Assembly: GCA_013265495.1 (NCBI GenBank) | Contig: MU058017.1 | Span: forward strand, 505,919-569,918 | Direction: 5' to 3' | Source: Vicugna vicugna | Taxonomy: Eukaryota | Length of the DNA: 64,000 nt | In this document: positions 1-12,656 of the stretch, piece by piece | Layout of the letters: every line of letters begins with the position of its first letter | Numbering within the stretch: position 1 is the stretch's first letter | Translations under genes and position numbers: made by a program | The notes under the pieces: generated by a model | Database searches by the model: none | What the model was told of the DNA's origin: nothing | Seen by the model: only the letters and a program-made list of their open reading frames with translations

Positions 1-571
1 CCGATTCATTTCTCCTCTGCATTTATGCCTTTAAAATGTCATCAAATCCCAAAACTGGCAGTCATCGATCTCCGGAGAATTCTTAAAGAAAAAATTCTCA
101 TGCCCCATCTAGGGCTTATTCAATCAGAACCTCCAGGAGGTAGCACTCAGGAGTTTGTATTTTTAACAAACATTTTCAGGAAATTCCACCACAAAGCCAG
201 AACTGGGAACCACTGTTTTAGATCATTATTAGGTTTCAGAATTCATTGAGAAAACAGAAGCCACAGGAACACCATCAAATCTTGCAGCCATCAAATCTCT
301 TTACAATGAAATGACTGTTCATATCAGATGGCATCTCCTCTCTTGGCTCTGGATCTCCAACTGTTTCCCTTCTGCAAGAACCTGACTCCTGTAATGATCC
401 CTTCTCTTCCTTGACTCTTAGCAGCATGCCCTTATTTGGGGACCACTATTCTTCCTTATCTCCATGACAATCACATTTGCCTGTCTCTGCTCTTCCCTCT
501 CTGGCCATTCTCTCCCGGGCTCTATGGTCTCTCCTCCTCCACCTGACGTCTGAATAGTGGAGGCCCAGAAA

Positions 572-852
572 TCTTAGACAGCTTAGGCTGCCATACAACT
601 TACCATAGACTTAAACAACACATGTTTATTTCTCACAATCCTGGAGGCAGGAAGTCCAAGATCCTGGTGCTGGCATGGTCAGATTCCTAGTGAGCACTGT
701 CTTCTTAATTTATAGAGGACCAGCTTGTTGTGTCCTCACATGGTAGAAAGAGAGCTACCTAGCTCTCTGGCCTCTTCTTATAAGAGCACTAAACCCATTC
801 ATTAGGGCTCCACTCTCATGACTAAACTATCTCCTAAAGGCCCCATCTCCAA
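572..852 (-). mobile_element. MaLR LTR fragment (MLT1-type)
   Basis: Hallmarks tttatttctcacaatcctggaggcaggaagtccaagatc and tcctcacatggtagaa...cttcttataagagcactaa. Confidence 0.8.
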
Positions 853-1252
853 GCCACTGCTATCTCACTTGGATAAATGCAACAGCCTCCAAACTGCTCC
901 TCCTGCTTCAACTGTTCTTGCACACCAGCCAGCTTGGAAAATGTAAGCAGATCTCCCAGACTAAAAATCCCCTAGGGTTTCCCACTTGAAATTTTTATCA
1001 TGGCTGAGGAGCCTTTCCAGTTCTGGCCCCTGCCTCCCTCTCCACCCTTCTCTCTTGCCAAGCTCCTCCACTTACCCTCCCAGCCAGGTCATGATTGCTG
1101 TTTATTTCCTTTAGAGTATTTTATTATCTGGAATGATCTATTTCTTTACTTGTTTGTTGTTTGTTTCTACCTGGTCTAAGACTAAACTCATCATTTCACC
1201 CCCAAAACTGTAAAGGAAGTAAGTAGGAGCTGTGGCCTTTAGTAGATGAATG

Positions 1253-1403
1253 AGGGCCAGGACTAGGGTGAGGCAAGCAGGCACCTCCAGCACATTTAAG
1301 GAGGCACTCACTCTCAGGTTCGTGCAAGTGCCAGCCTGAGAGTGAGTGACTCCTTACATTTTGCACCCTAGGCCTCTGTTTGCCTCCCCCAAGTCCCAGC
1401 CTT
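1253..1403. mobile_element. Palindromic hAT MITE (MER96-like)
   Basis: TIR-like ends agggccaggactagggtgaggcaag / tttgcctcccccaagtcccagcct. Internal 22-bp inverted repeat 1297-1318 / 1335-1356. Confidence 0.75.
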
Positions 1404-2557
1404 GAAAAGAGGACATATGGGGTGTCATTTTTCTCTCATCCTTTGATTTCTTACTGTCATCTGCAATTTGCTGAACTCAAACCTGAAGCCAGAGCTCAGG
1501 GGACATGAGCGTTGTAGGGCACAGAAAGGTAGAGTGTTAAATGGAAAATACTCAATCCATTATAGTACCTTATGGAGGACAATTAAATGAATTATGATAT
1601 AAAACACCGAGAGAGGTACCTGGAACATGCTGCTGCTGCTGCTCCTGTTATTATCGTCGTTATCACGGCCCATCTGACGCAAAAATTTGAATACACTATC
1701 AGGGGCTCATGGGCTCCCTGAAGTACATTTATAGACTGCGTTCAAGAACTAAGAACCCCTGCCCTGATTAAGCATTTTTCAGGCTGTATGGTGAACCTTC
1801 ACAAAACAGCCTTTAAACTTTTTTTCCCCTCCCTCTAATCCACTCCTTCCCAACTGTTTTACATAACAATATCCATAAAAATGGCAATATTTGTACAACA
1901 CTGGAATGAGGAGATGAGGTTACCCTCAGCGTGAAGCAACTGCCCAGGGGCTCTGCCTGCGCCAAAGACTGAGGGGGTGAGTATTGTATCACACCCACTC
2001 CAGACAGAAAGCTCTGCTCAAATCTTTTATCTAATATGTACAGTAATACCAATTTAGCTTTCTTAAGAGAATACTTTCATCACATCCTTTGCATCTAATG
2101 AACACTAATATCCAGAATTCTTGGTCTGGCATTCAAGATTAAGGCAAGGAGTTGGAAGAGACCTCGGGAGTCATTCAATTTATTTCTTTTGTTTCACAGA
2201 CGAGCAAGGTGAAGCCCAGCAAGGTGAAATGACTTGTCCAAAACAATATGCCAATCGACATCCATTGACAAGGTCAAGTTTAAGGACCACCTCCTTTATG
2301 ACAGCTTCTCAGTTCATCCCGTTACGAAAGGAATACTTCCTCCTTCAAATTCTCACAGTACTTATTCAGATACTGCACAGGAAGAGGGAACAGATAAAGA
2401 CCTGTTTCAGCCTGAGTTTCTTCATGTTAGATGAAGTGATCAGACTCCAGGGTAAAGGATTTCACAACAGACTGATTTACAAATTAGGATGTCGATTCAC
2501 TGATAAATAGAACAGTTAAATGGATGTACAACTTAGGCTGGCTAACTAATATCATCT

Positions 2558-2776
2558 GAGGTCAGCAAAATTTTTTCTGCAAAGGACCAGGAAGTAAATA
2601 TATGAGGGCTAAACAAAATCTCTATTGCATATTTTTCTTCTCTTTTTGTTATTGGTTCATTTTATTTTGTCTTTTTTTTTCTTTTAACAATGTTTTGAGC
2701 TAAAAACATTCTTAGCTCACCAGGACAAAACAAGCTATGGGCTGCATTTGGCTTGAGGCCTTAGTTTGCTGACCCT
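2558..2776. mobile_element. hAT-Charlie MITE (MER58-like)
   Basis: Ends gaggtcagcaaa / tagtttgctgaccc with the typical gggctgcatttggc motif. Confidence 0.7.
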
Positions 2777-3529
2777 TCATGTCTGTTGCCAGAAAGAAAG
2801 CTGACTTGGGAAACAAAATGAACTATCAGAAGGCTGTTTGGTAAGTAAAACAGAGAAAAGGCAGTTCAAATTCAGTCAGGCAGCAACGTACTTTGAGTGT
2901 CTACTCTGTGTCAGGTACTATCCTTGGTCTTGGGGCTACAGTCACGAATAAGAGAGATTTCATTACAGTCCCCAAGATGATGGGAGAGGGGGTGTGTGAT
3001 GAGAGATGACTGAAACATTATAAATAGGGGAGTTTCATAATGATCCTGACTGCTGTGAGGAAGCAAGACTGAGGTGGGACAAGAAAAGAAGTAGGGAGAG
3101 TGGTTAGAAGCCTATTACAGTGGTCCAAGAAAGAGAGAACTATCTCAGGCCAAGGCTGTACTGATGAAAGTGATGGAGAGGATGGTTAAAAGGTTAGATA
3201 TGAGATATATTTTGGAGATATATCCAACCAGACTTACCAATAAATCAGATGAGAATAAATTAGTGGGTGGGTGCTGCCACTTACTGATGTTAAGGAGGTT
3301 AGAAGAAGGTGAAAGTAGTTGGGAGCCAGGGCCAAGAGGAAGACAGATCCTGGGGTAAGATCAGAGAATGGGAAAGTGAACTCACATAGGAAAGGCAGTA
3401 GGACTGTCTGGTAGTTTTGAGTGTCATTTGAGATAAAGGGTCTATTACTGGAATCTTAGTGAACCCTTAGTGAATAGCACCTAACTACTGAAAATTTGTA
3501 TTTTCTATAAGTGGATCTTTCCCCTTGTA

Positions 3530-4345
3530 TTTTAAATTATATAAATAAGTGTTACTTCGTATCACAAACATATATGTAATGTACCTATAAGTTATAGGCA
3601 TAATACTTACATGCAAACCCACTCTACCTGAATTAGAACTTTACCATTAAATTACATTTACTTTTGTTCTTTCTAATCCCATGTCCCTGACCACTCCCCT
3701 CCTCTGCCAATCCATATCCTGAATTTTGTGCTTATTATTCTCTTATCTTAAAATCACATGTGTATTTTTTGCCTAAAGAATTTTTAATTTTCCTTGTATT
3801 TGAACTTTATAAAATGACACATTATAACTGACTATACTTCAATAAAAAAAGGCTTGAGGACATCTGGAAGTTGATGCTGTGAAATAAAGTAGGATATTTA
3901 TTTTCCAAAAAATGGCACCTGGGTTTTAAACCCATCATTATGTTTCCAAAATATATCCACATTATTATGTGTAGATAATATGTATTATTATTCATTTATT
4001 TTGCTTGTGTGATTATGCTACAGTTTAGTTATCCTATATAAACAGATTTGGGTTGTTTCCACTTTTTTGCTATTATTAACTGTGTCACTTGTGAATATTC
4101 CTTTATAGTTTCCTGGTACACACATGCAAGAGCTTCCTAAATGTATACAGTTAGAAGTGGAAACTGCTGTATCAAAAGATGCATTATGTTGAACTTTACA
4201 AGATTTTGCCATATTGCTCTTCTAAGTGGTTTTACCCATTTACAGTCATGGCAGTAATGTGTAAGAATTCTCATTGATTGCACATACTCTCCAGAATGTG
4301 GTACTGACAGACTTCTTAATTTTGGCACTTCCTTTTCCATATTAG
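3530..4345 (-). mobile_element. Old L1M 3' fragment (contains a tiny younger L1 tail near 3810-3850)
   Basis: Reverse L1 3'UTR motifs (tttgggttgtttccactttttgctatt, gaagtggaaactgctgtatcaaa, ccatattgctcttctaagtggttttacccatttacagtc). Confidence 0.65.
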
Positions 4346-5439
4346 TATTTAACAACTTTCCTTTTCAATCAACCACCATAATCTTCTGCCATCTACATTA
4401 CCTCATGAAAGATACATTACTTTTGATGATTACAGATTATTTTTACATTTGCCACGTTTATATCTAATATCTTCCCTTTTAGGACGTTTAGAGCATACTG
4501 ATAAAGTCTATGCAGGAATGCATCCATAAGCCATATATTAGTTGGGTGGGTTTGGGGTAATTTTTCACTTATGGCTAATTCTATCCTCATCAGATTAAGA
4601 GTCTCGGTCCTAGTCATTTTCGAGGATGTACCCTATCATTAGTTTACACATTTATTCTTACAATTTTTGTATTTCCTCTACTAGAGTTGGTGACATCTGG
4701 AAAGTGGGATATATCCTACTCATCTTTAAACCACTATTCCAATCATAATGCCGGACACTGTGTATACTTAACACATCTTTGTATGACCTTCACCTCTGTG
4801 TACGAAGACTGCCCTGAAAAGTATCATCCACACTTAAAACTGGCCCCAACAGAGGGGTTTCCCTGCCCATCTCTGCCGCCACTTCAGGGAGTGAGACAAG
4901 CACTGTAGGTCTCTTACCTACACTTAGGCAGCAGTGGGCTCCGTTCTTTTTTCCTTCTTTGTTTCACAAAACCGGGGTGAGGGACACCGTAACCGAAGTG
5001 GGTGTAGGGAACCTGACTCTAAACTCTCCGGACAAATGGACCTGTCGGTGGGCGACCACTTCCATACCAATCATTTTCTTTACTCATACAGTATAAAAAG
5101 AACAGTACCTTCATCTATAACAAAGCCCCAAAATTCACAATCATGAGTTCTTGTGCACGTTTTCTAAGTACAAACACATGGATGCTCAAAACACTGACAC
5201 ACAAACGAAAACACACCCACGTGCTCTGGTCTTCTCCCGCGACTCAAGTTCTTTGAAACTGAACAGAGAAAAATCGTCTTAGCATCTCGTCTCGCACTTT
5301 CGACAATATCTATTCGGCAAAAATAAAACCTAAACAAAAGGTTTTAAAAGAAGCATTTTAAAAAACGATAATTTTTTTTACGTGTCTTCTTGTCTTTATG
5401 CTTTTGTGAGGATTTACTTTGAGTCTCCAGACTGAGCGA

Positions 5440-5880
5440 GCCAGTTAGGACCGGTGTAGAAACTGCCACGAGTTGGGCGCAGCTGCCGGGGAGGCGGGGC
5501 GGAGGTTATGGCGTCATCGCCGCGGGGCGGAGGCGACCGAGCCTGAGGAGAGGCTACGCGTGCTGCAACGCCGGCCGCTGGGCTCTGAGGCAGCGAGCTC
5601 AGGCCAGCTCCCGCTTTTCCCTGGCGCTCAGCCCACGTCGAGTCCTGCGTGGAGATGGCAGACGATCTTGGAGACGAGTGGTGGGAGCACCAGCCGGCAG
5701 GAGCCGCCAGCAGTCCAGGTACCCTCTCTCCCCGCGCTCCTGCGGGGCCTCCCCCAGCCTCCCGCCGGTCCGTGCGCCTCAGCCCGGACCTGGCTCTGGT
5801 CGTCACCGGGTTCGCCCCGCGATGGGGCGCATGGCTGTGGGAGCGCGCGAGCATCGAGGAGCAAGTGGTGCGAGAGACTT
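5440..5880 (+). promoter_or_regulatory. CMSS1: CpG-island promoter of CMSS1
   Basis: Dense CpG and high GC. Two identical GC boxes GGGGCGGAGG lie at 5496-5505 and 5524-5533, with ATGGCGTCA (YY1/ATF-like) between them at 5508-5516. E-boxes CACGTG occur at 5218-5223 and 5899-5904. No TATA box seen. Confidence 0.88.
5655..5718 (+). CDS. CMSS1: CMSS1 coding exon 1 ([21 protein letters not shown] + 1 nt, phase-1 intron follows)
   Basis: ATG at 5655 is in a good Kozak context (GAGATGG) inside a CpG island. The peptide matches the recalled CMSS1 N-terminus [10 protein letters not shown]. The donor CAG|GTACCC is at 5718/5719. No further CMSS1 exon was recognised, consistent with the known very large intron 1. 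Confidence 0.95.
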
Positions 5881-6009
5881 ACTAACATGTAGAACAGACA
5901 CGTGTGACCTTAACTCAGATCTGCCCTATAGTCAGGAAGGACCCTTTTCCAGGCAGTTTTTCTTTTCCTCATTTCTTAGTGGATAAGACAGTTTTCACGG
6001 AGACGGAGT

Positions 6010-6232
6010 TTGGGCGTAATGGTTAAGGGTTAACTCCTGGATTAAATTCAGACAGTCCTCTGTTCAGATCGCAACTCCAGCCTCTAATACTGTTTTGTCT
6101 CTTTTTCCTCATCTGTAAAATAAGAATAGTAATACCAATTTCATAAGCTTGTTGTGAAGGTTAAATGAAGATAATACACATGATGTACTTTTAGCACAGT
6201 GCTTGCTTCATAATATGTGCGCGGTAAATAAA
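6010..6232 (+). mobile_element. MIR SINE
   Basis: MIR core ttcctcatctgtaaaataagaatagtaata...gttgtgaaggttaaatga. Confidence 0.8.
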
Positions 6233-8286
6233 AGCTAGCTTCAGTTCTTCTTGCTATCATTATCATGTAATTTGGACTCTGAGTCTGAAGGAGACGAGAT
6301 CCCACTTGAACTCACTCGTTTTACAGGTGAGGAACATGAAACCTAAAGATTTCAAATAGCAGAAGTTCACACAGCTAGTTGGTGTCAGAAACAAAACTAG
6401 AATTCAGTTAACACAATTCAGACAGTGTTTATTAATGCTGTGTGTACCCACTGCCAATGCAGTGAACATTTTATTATTGAGTAGATAGCTTTAAGTAACT
6501 CCTCACTGCAGGTTTGCCTTGAACTTTTAAAGTCCCGTGGCTTAATGTACAATTTGGTGGGTTTTTTGTTTCTTTGTTTTTTAAAAATCATTCTTCCAAG
6601 TCTACCTCTCTTCTTTACTAGATTCTAAGATTTTTTTAGGACAAAGCGAAAGCCTAATTCACATCTGTAGAGTCCACAGGGCCCTGCACATGATTAACAG
6701 TTGATACATATTTGCTGCAAACATTAATCTTGAAATATGAGTTATTAAATATCCACTAAAAACAACAAAATTCTACTACAGCATTGTTTCCAGAAAGGCA
6801 GGGCAGACTTCATGTACATACTGAGCAGATGTCATTTTTTAAAAGGTTGCCAATATAATACTTCCTTGATTAAACCTCCTGACTTTTTTGCAGCTTTGTT
6901 TCCAGTAAACGTATCCCTGATTGAAGGCATGAATACCTTTCCTTGCAGGCTGTGGTATTCCACATTTGCTTTAATCCTGCCCCCTACAATTCAGGTGTTA
7001 AAAAACATATTTTATGATATGATTCAAGGATAGAGGCCAATTAAGAAATAGTTGAATTCCTTTTAAGTGGTGAAGGGGATCTTAATTCTTGATTCTAGTC
7101 CTGCCTCTTGCCTCTCACCAGCTGTGTCTCTCAAGTTAGTCACCCTTTGGAAGGAAGGAAATTAACATATATTATCTGTTATGTGCCAGATGTTTTCATA
7201 AATATGAATTCATTTGATCTTCATAACATGCTTAAAAGGTAAGCATTACCTTCATTTTTATAGATGAGAAACAGAAAAGTTAATGTTCAGCAAGGAAGAG
7301 ATCTGGGAAGAAGTTAGTCAAGTATGCCTGACTTTCAAAGTCACATTTTCCCACAATTACTGTGTGGCTTCTTTGAGCATCATTATCATAATCTGTAAAA
7401 TGAGGGATCCTTGGAGATCATCTTTTCAAGGGTTTTGCCAACCAACAGTTCCAAACGTTGAATCTGGTTAGAACTTTAAAGTGTTACAGCCTCTTTCATC
7501 TAAGTTGCCAGGATTCCCATCGAGATAATATGTTGGGGTTCCCAGGATCACCCTGCTTCTTACATTCCTTCTAGCTGTAAGAATAAGTTTTGAGAATTGC
7601 TAATATTAAGTTTATCAAAGGCCCTTTGTTAACCGCTGTGAAGTTAGGTGAGCACATATGCTTCCTTGAGATCTCCTTGATTGATTATTTACTGGTGATT
7701 TGTCTAACTAATCTGTGTAGTGTTTCTAATTCAGAAGAAATCACAGCTGCACCAATTCAGGTTTCCTGATTCTACCTATAATAATGAAGAAAGATCAGAC
7801 TAATACTTTGTTTTGAAAGTCAAAGGAGAAATAGTGCCTTAAGTTAGAGAAAGGAAAGATAGCTGTAATAATGCCCTCATTCCTGTTGTGTGTTACACTA
7901 CTTGCCTATAAAAGTAAACATCTTTCCTTATTACCTGTTTCCAGTTCACACATATGGTGGTAAGGTGATGGAGCATTTTAGTCATTTAATCAGCAGTCTA
8001 CATCTACAACAGAGGCCCAACATTCATGGTCAAGAATTCTTGTATATGTTTTCTAAGATCAAACTATGCAAACACATGGATGCCCAGACGTTGGCACACA
8101 GTATATATGACACTTGCCTAAACTATCCAGCTATCTATTGTCTAAGGAAGTGTACTATGCTTTTGCTTATTTCATGTCTTAGATGTGGTAGGTAACTCAA
8201 AGACCCTTACTAAAATAAAGCTTTTGATCCGCATATGACCCTTTTTGCATACATCTTATGGCTCTTCAGGACCTTTCATTTTTCTA

Positions 8287-8547
8287 CAGGCATACTTCAT
8301 TTTACTGTACTTTGCAGATACTGCATTTTTTTTTACAGGTTGAAGGTTTGTGGCAACCCTGCGTTGGTTAGCATTTTTAAGCAATAAATTATTTTTGAAA
8401 TACGTACTTTTTAATGTATAATGCTATTGCATATTTAACAGACTACAGTATGGTATAAACAAAAATTCATGTCACTTGCTTTATTGTGATATTTGCTTTA
8501 TTGCGGTGATCTGAAACTGAACCTGCAATATCTCCAAGGTACGCCTG
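8287..8547 (+). mobile_element. Tigger1-derived internal-deletion DNA transposon
   Basis: TA|CAGGCATAC ... GTACGCCTG|TA termini and TA target duplication. Internal ttgaaggtttgtggcaaccctgcg is typical of Tigger1. Confidence 0.85.
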
Positions 8548-9519
8548 TACTAGAATTCTGCATTGTACTGGAGCCCAGCAGGGGACCTGGCACTTCACTC
8601 GTGTTTGATAGATAATAGCTGAATAAATGAATGCATGCTACAGGGCTTTTGGTGATCATATATATACATAGACATAATTTCTCATCCAGTCTAGACATTT
8701 GAGAGTGGGAGACCAAGCTATTAGAATTTTGCTGAAACTGTTCACCTTGGCTATCTGGTCACTTCATTGGTAACATCATTGGTGGTGATTGGAGTCATGT
8801 ACCAGGATAAGATGGCTTATAGTTGTCTCTGCTGAGGTGTGTACAGCACAGTCTGCCTCAGGCAGCATAGCCTAAGAGTCGTCTAATGTAATCTAATATT
8901 CCATTTCATTCATTTATTTCCTTTTTCCCTGCCTACCTTAAGAAATTATTTGAAGTGATTTGTAGTAGACAATATGTGCAGTAGAATCATGGATACAAAA
9001 CATTAATGATAAAGTGAGCAGTTACAATACCTCTGATTTCATGTAGTTGACCAAACTTGGCACTTTGTCAGTGTGAAGCTGAATGTTATTCACATCATGG
9101 ATTTTGTGACTTGTGGATCAGAGCTGGGAGTTTCTGCTTTTGGAAGTGGTCACTTGATCATTCACTTAACTAAAGAGAACACTGATTGGATTTCCTTTTT
9201 ATTCCAGTATAATATGCCTACTAAATTACCAAGTCAAATGTTAATAGGCAACTGGGTGCATGAGTCCAGAGCTCCAGGGTTGGGTTAGGGCTAGAGATAT
9301 GGATTTAGGAATGACTGGCATATTTTTAGCTAAATTTTAAAGAGGATGTTTTTAGCAGTCTGCAAAATTCTTGGCCCCTGCTTTTGAGGAGAGTTTTTTG
9401 TATACTTCCCTAGCTTATTCTGTGTCTTTGATGCCATCTCTTACCAAGCATCTAACTAGAAAACTGAAATGTGAAGACATTTCTGTGTACACTGTAGGGA
9501 GACTGCAGATAGTATTACT

Positions 9520-9745
9520 AATTTGCATTTGTTGCGTGGTTACTCTGTGCCAGATAATGTTTTGATTGCTTTACATGTACTAGCTCACTTAATCTTCACA
9601 AGTATACAGGGATATAGTTACTACTATCCCCATTTTATAGATGAGGAAATTGAGGCACTAAGAGATTAAATGATTTGCCCAGTGTTGTACAGTTGGTGAG
9701 TGGAGAGGCTGAGATTCATAGATAGGCAATCAGAAACCAGGCTGT
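9520..9745 (-). mobile_element. MIR SINE
   Basis: Reverse core ccccattttatagatgaggaaattgaggcac...gattaaatgatttgccc. Confidence 0.8.
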
Positions 9746-10039
9746 GTACTTAAATTTCTCAGAGATAATTGTTCTAATTATCAGTGATAAACATCTCATC
9801 TCTAAAATAACAATCCTTTATCAGTTTAAAGAGGTTCAGATTTTCTGAACCTTTTGTTCATATACATTCCTATTATCAAATTATGTCTATTAGTCTTCCA
9901 AAGTTTATTCTTCTGAAAGAGCACTGATTACTCAGAGACACAAATAAGCAGGTTATACCATTGGACTTTGAGAACAATCTCTTGCCAGGTATTCAAACTT
10001 GATCCTAGAGCTCAAGGCTCACATACCTGGCTGTCCTCT

Positions 10040-10930
10040 TGAGGCCCTTACTTTATTTGATCAGAATGTCAAGTGGCCAACTGAATTTTTCCCCAAATCT
10101 ACTTTTCCTCCAGTTTTCCCTATCTCAGTAAGTTAAATCACTGGCTACTCAGTTTCACAAAGGCCTAGGCATATCTTATTCATTTATTTACTTCGTTTAC
10201 CCTTCATGTCTGTACTATCAAGTCTTGTCTCTACTTCCAAAACATATTCTGAATCTTTTTTCCTTTTGTCGTTGTTTGTTTCTTTACACCATTAAAGTAC
10301 ATGCTATCATCCTCACTTGCCTTAACCTCTGCAGTAAACTCCTAGCATGGCTCCCAGCTTCCATCTTGTCCCTCTATAGACTGTTCTTCACTCAGCAGCC
10401 GGAGCGGGCGATCAGACCACCTTCCTGCGTAAACCCTCCGGTGGCTCCCCGACTACACACAGAATAAAACCTGGATTGCTTTCCATGGTTGGTATCTGCC
10501 AGATTTCCTACTGTTTACTCTCTCCTACTTTCTGCTGTCACACTGGTCTTCATTCTGTGCCTCAACAGACCAAGCTTATTCTGTCTTAGCTCTTTGCAAT
10601 AGTTGTTCTTTTTTCTTTTCTGGGCTGTCCTTTTCAATTTTGAATGGCTGACCTTTTCTTAACATTAAGACCCAAGTTCAAACATCATCAAGAAAGAAGC
10701 ACTTCTTGTTCAGCCAGACTAGAGTAGCCATCTACCATGTTATGTTAATCCTCAGCAGAGCACTTATCACCAACTATTATTTTCCTTTTTAAATTTTTAC
10801 AGTCTCCCCACACTAGTGTGTAAGCTCCATGTGAACAGGGATTTGTTTATCTTGTTCTTTGCTGTATCCTCAGGGCCTAGAGTACAATCTAGGTATTTAG
10901 AAGGCACTCATTAAGAATTTATTCATTGAA
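10040..10930 (+). mobile_element. L2 LINE 3' fragment
   Basis: L2 3' end motifs (ccccacactagtgtgtaagctccatgtgaacaggga...aggcactcattaagaatttattcattgaa). Confidence 0.7.
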
Positions 10931-12329
10931 TAATTGTTAATATTTCATACCCACATCTTGGAGACCTTAATGTAGGAATTCTGTGTCTAAAGAAACTTGG
11001 TCTGCTAGGAGAGTTGTCAAAATCCTACTCAGGCTTTTGACAGGTTTGGCAGATGCTGCTTTTTCTTTTTTTTAAAATACATTAGAAGTCCTTGTTTGAC
11101 AACTGTGTCTACTTGCATTTTATTCTAAACATATTTGGATTTAGTTTTATAACTTATGTTTTGAAATTACACATTTGAAAGGACAACAGACTTTTGCTCT
11201 CTAAATGAGCTGATAATTCCTACTGGTGATAGCTTTTGTCACCTAGAATCAATGTGATTGTTCATTTTGTTTGAGATTGTTGAAGTGAGCATTGTGGATT
11301 TTTTGTTGTAATATTTTATCCTTAAAATCACATTGCCTTATCTATGCTGAATTCCTTCTGGGAATTGTGAGATTGGGGAACACCTTGAGTCTTTGAAACC
11401 TGAATAAGTAAAGTTTTTGTGTTTTTTCTTTTCTCACACCAAAGTTAGGCTTTTATAGCATTAATTTTACCCATAGGCAGCCAATCATAATAGATGTTGT
11501 AAAGCATTACCCCTACATATAAAATTCACACTTGGAATATCTGCAGTAGATGTTTATAACACAGAACAGAGGATCAACTTCAGTGCGTGTCATTTTCAAA
11601 ATCATTTATTGACTCTCATGCTTGGCCCTATTAGACACTCTAATGGAATTAGAGGAAAAAAACATAGTCTGCTTACGTTATGGGATTTACACATTGACGT
11701 AGTTCAGTCAAAATGCAAATAATATTATTTTAGGACAAATGTTAAAGGGCAAAAAACAGGGTTAGGATAAATTTTAAAAGGTGAGAGGAAGGAGAGAAAG
11801 AACGACATGTCATCATTCTGTACTTGAAGATTTTGTAACAAATGGACCAACCTTCATGTGCTAGTTTTAATTTACTGTGTATAAGTTTTGTGATTTTTGC
11901 AAATGATTAAACAAGTAGTTCTTGACAACAATTATGAACATTTAAAAGTACAAATTTACACATCTTTCTCCAAATAACATGGACAGTAGTTCTGCTGTCT
12001 TGAAAAATACCAGGAAATTGGAAGTCCTAGAAATATTTCCATTTCCCCCCTTAAATTCAGCAGTAACACCTTGCATTGTTTTGTGGCATGAATCCTTTGA
12101 CCTGTTCTTATCCCATGTTCTTTAGTTGAAACTTTAGTGTGTTCATAGAATTACACATTTTACTAAATACATCACAAACAACTTGAAATATAAGTTCCCC
12201 ATTTTCATCAGCTTTCATAAAATTCTTAATTGCATTCTAAATTTGCTAGCATTGCTTTTAAAATGAGTTGACTAAGCCCTTCTTAAGCTCTTGTTCCTGA
12301 GTTCCTTGTTAGTCTAGTTCACACTAGAC

Positions 12330-12656
12330 AAGAGGTCAGGAAACTTTTTGTAAAAGGCCGGATAGTAAATATTTTAGGCTCTGCTGGCCAGTCACTATCA
12401 AAATTACTCAACTCTGTCATTGTAGCATAAAAGCAATCAGACAATAAATATATTTAAAAAATGAGTATGGCTGTGTTCCAATAGAACTCTATCTATAAAC
12501 AATGAAATTTGAATTTCGTAAAACTTTCACATTTCACAAAATATTCGTTTGATTTTTTTTTTCTATTTAAAAATGTAAAAACTATTCTTAGTTTGCAGGA
12601 TATACAAAAACAGTGGGCTGAATTTGGCCAGTAGGCTGCAGTTTGCATACCTCTGC
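12330..12656. mobile_element. hAT-Charlie MITE (MER58B-like)
   Basis: gtaaaaggccggatagtaaatattttaggct ... tggctgtgttccaatagaact ... gggctgaatttggcc...tagtttg pattern. Confidence 0.8.

Noticed and set aside
5414..5986. Overlapping 78-146 aa ORFs on both strands at the CMSS1 CpG island
   Set aside because: Stop-poor GC-rich sequence. Only 5655-5718 matches a known protein and ends at a donor.
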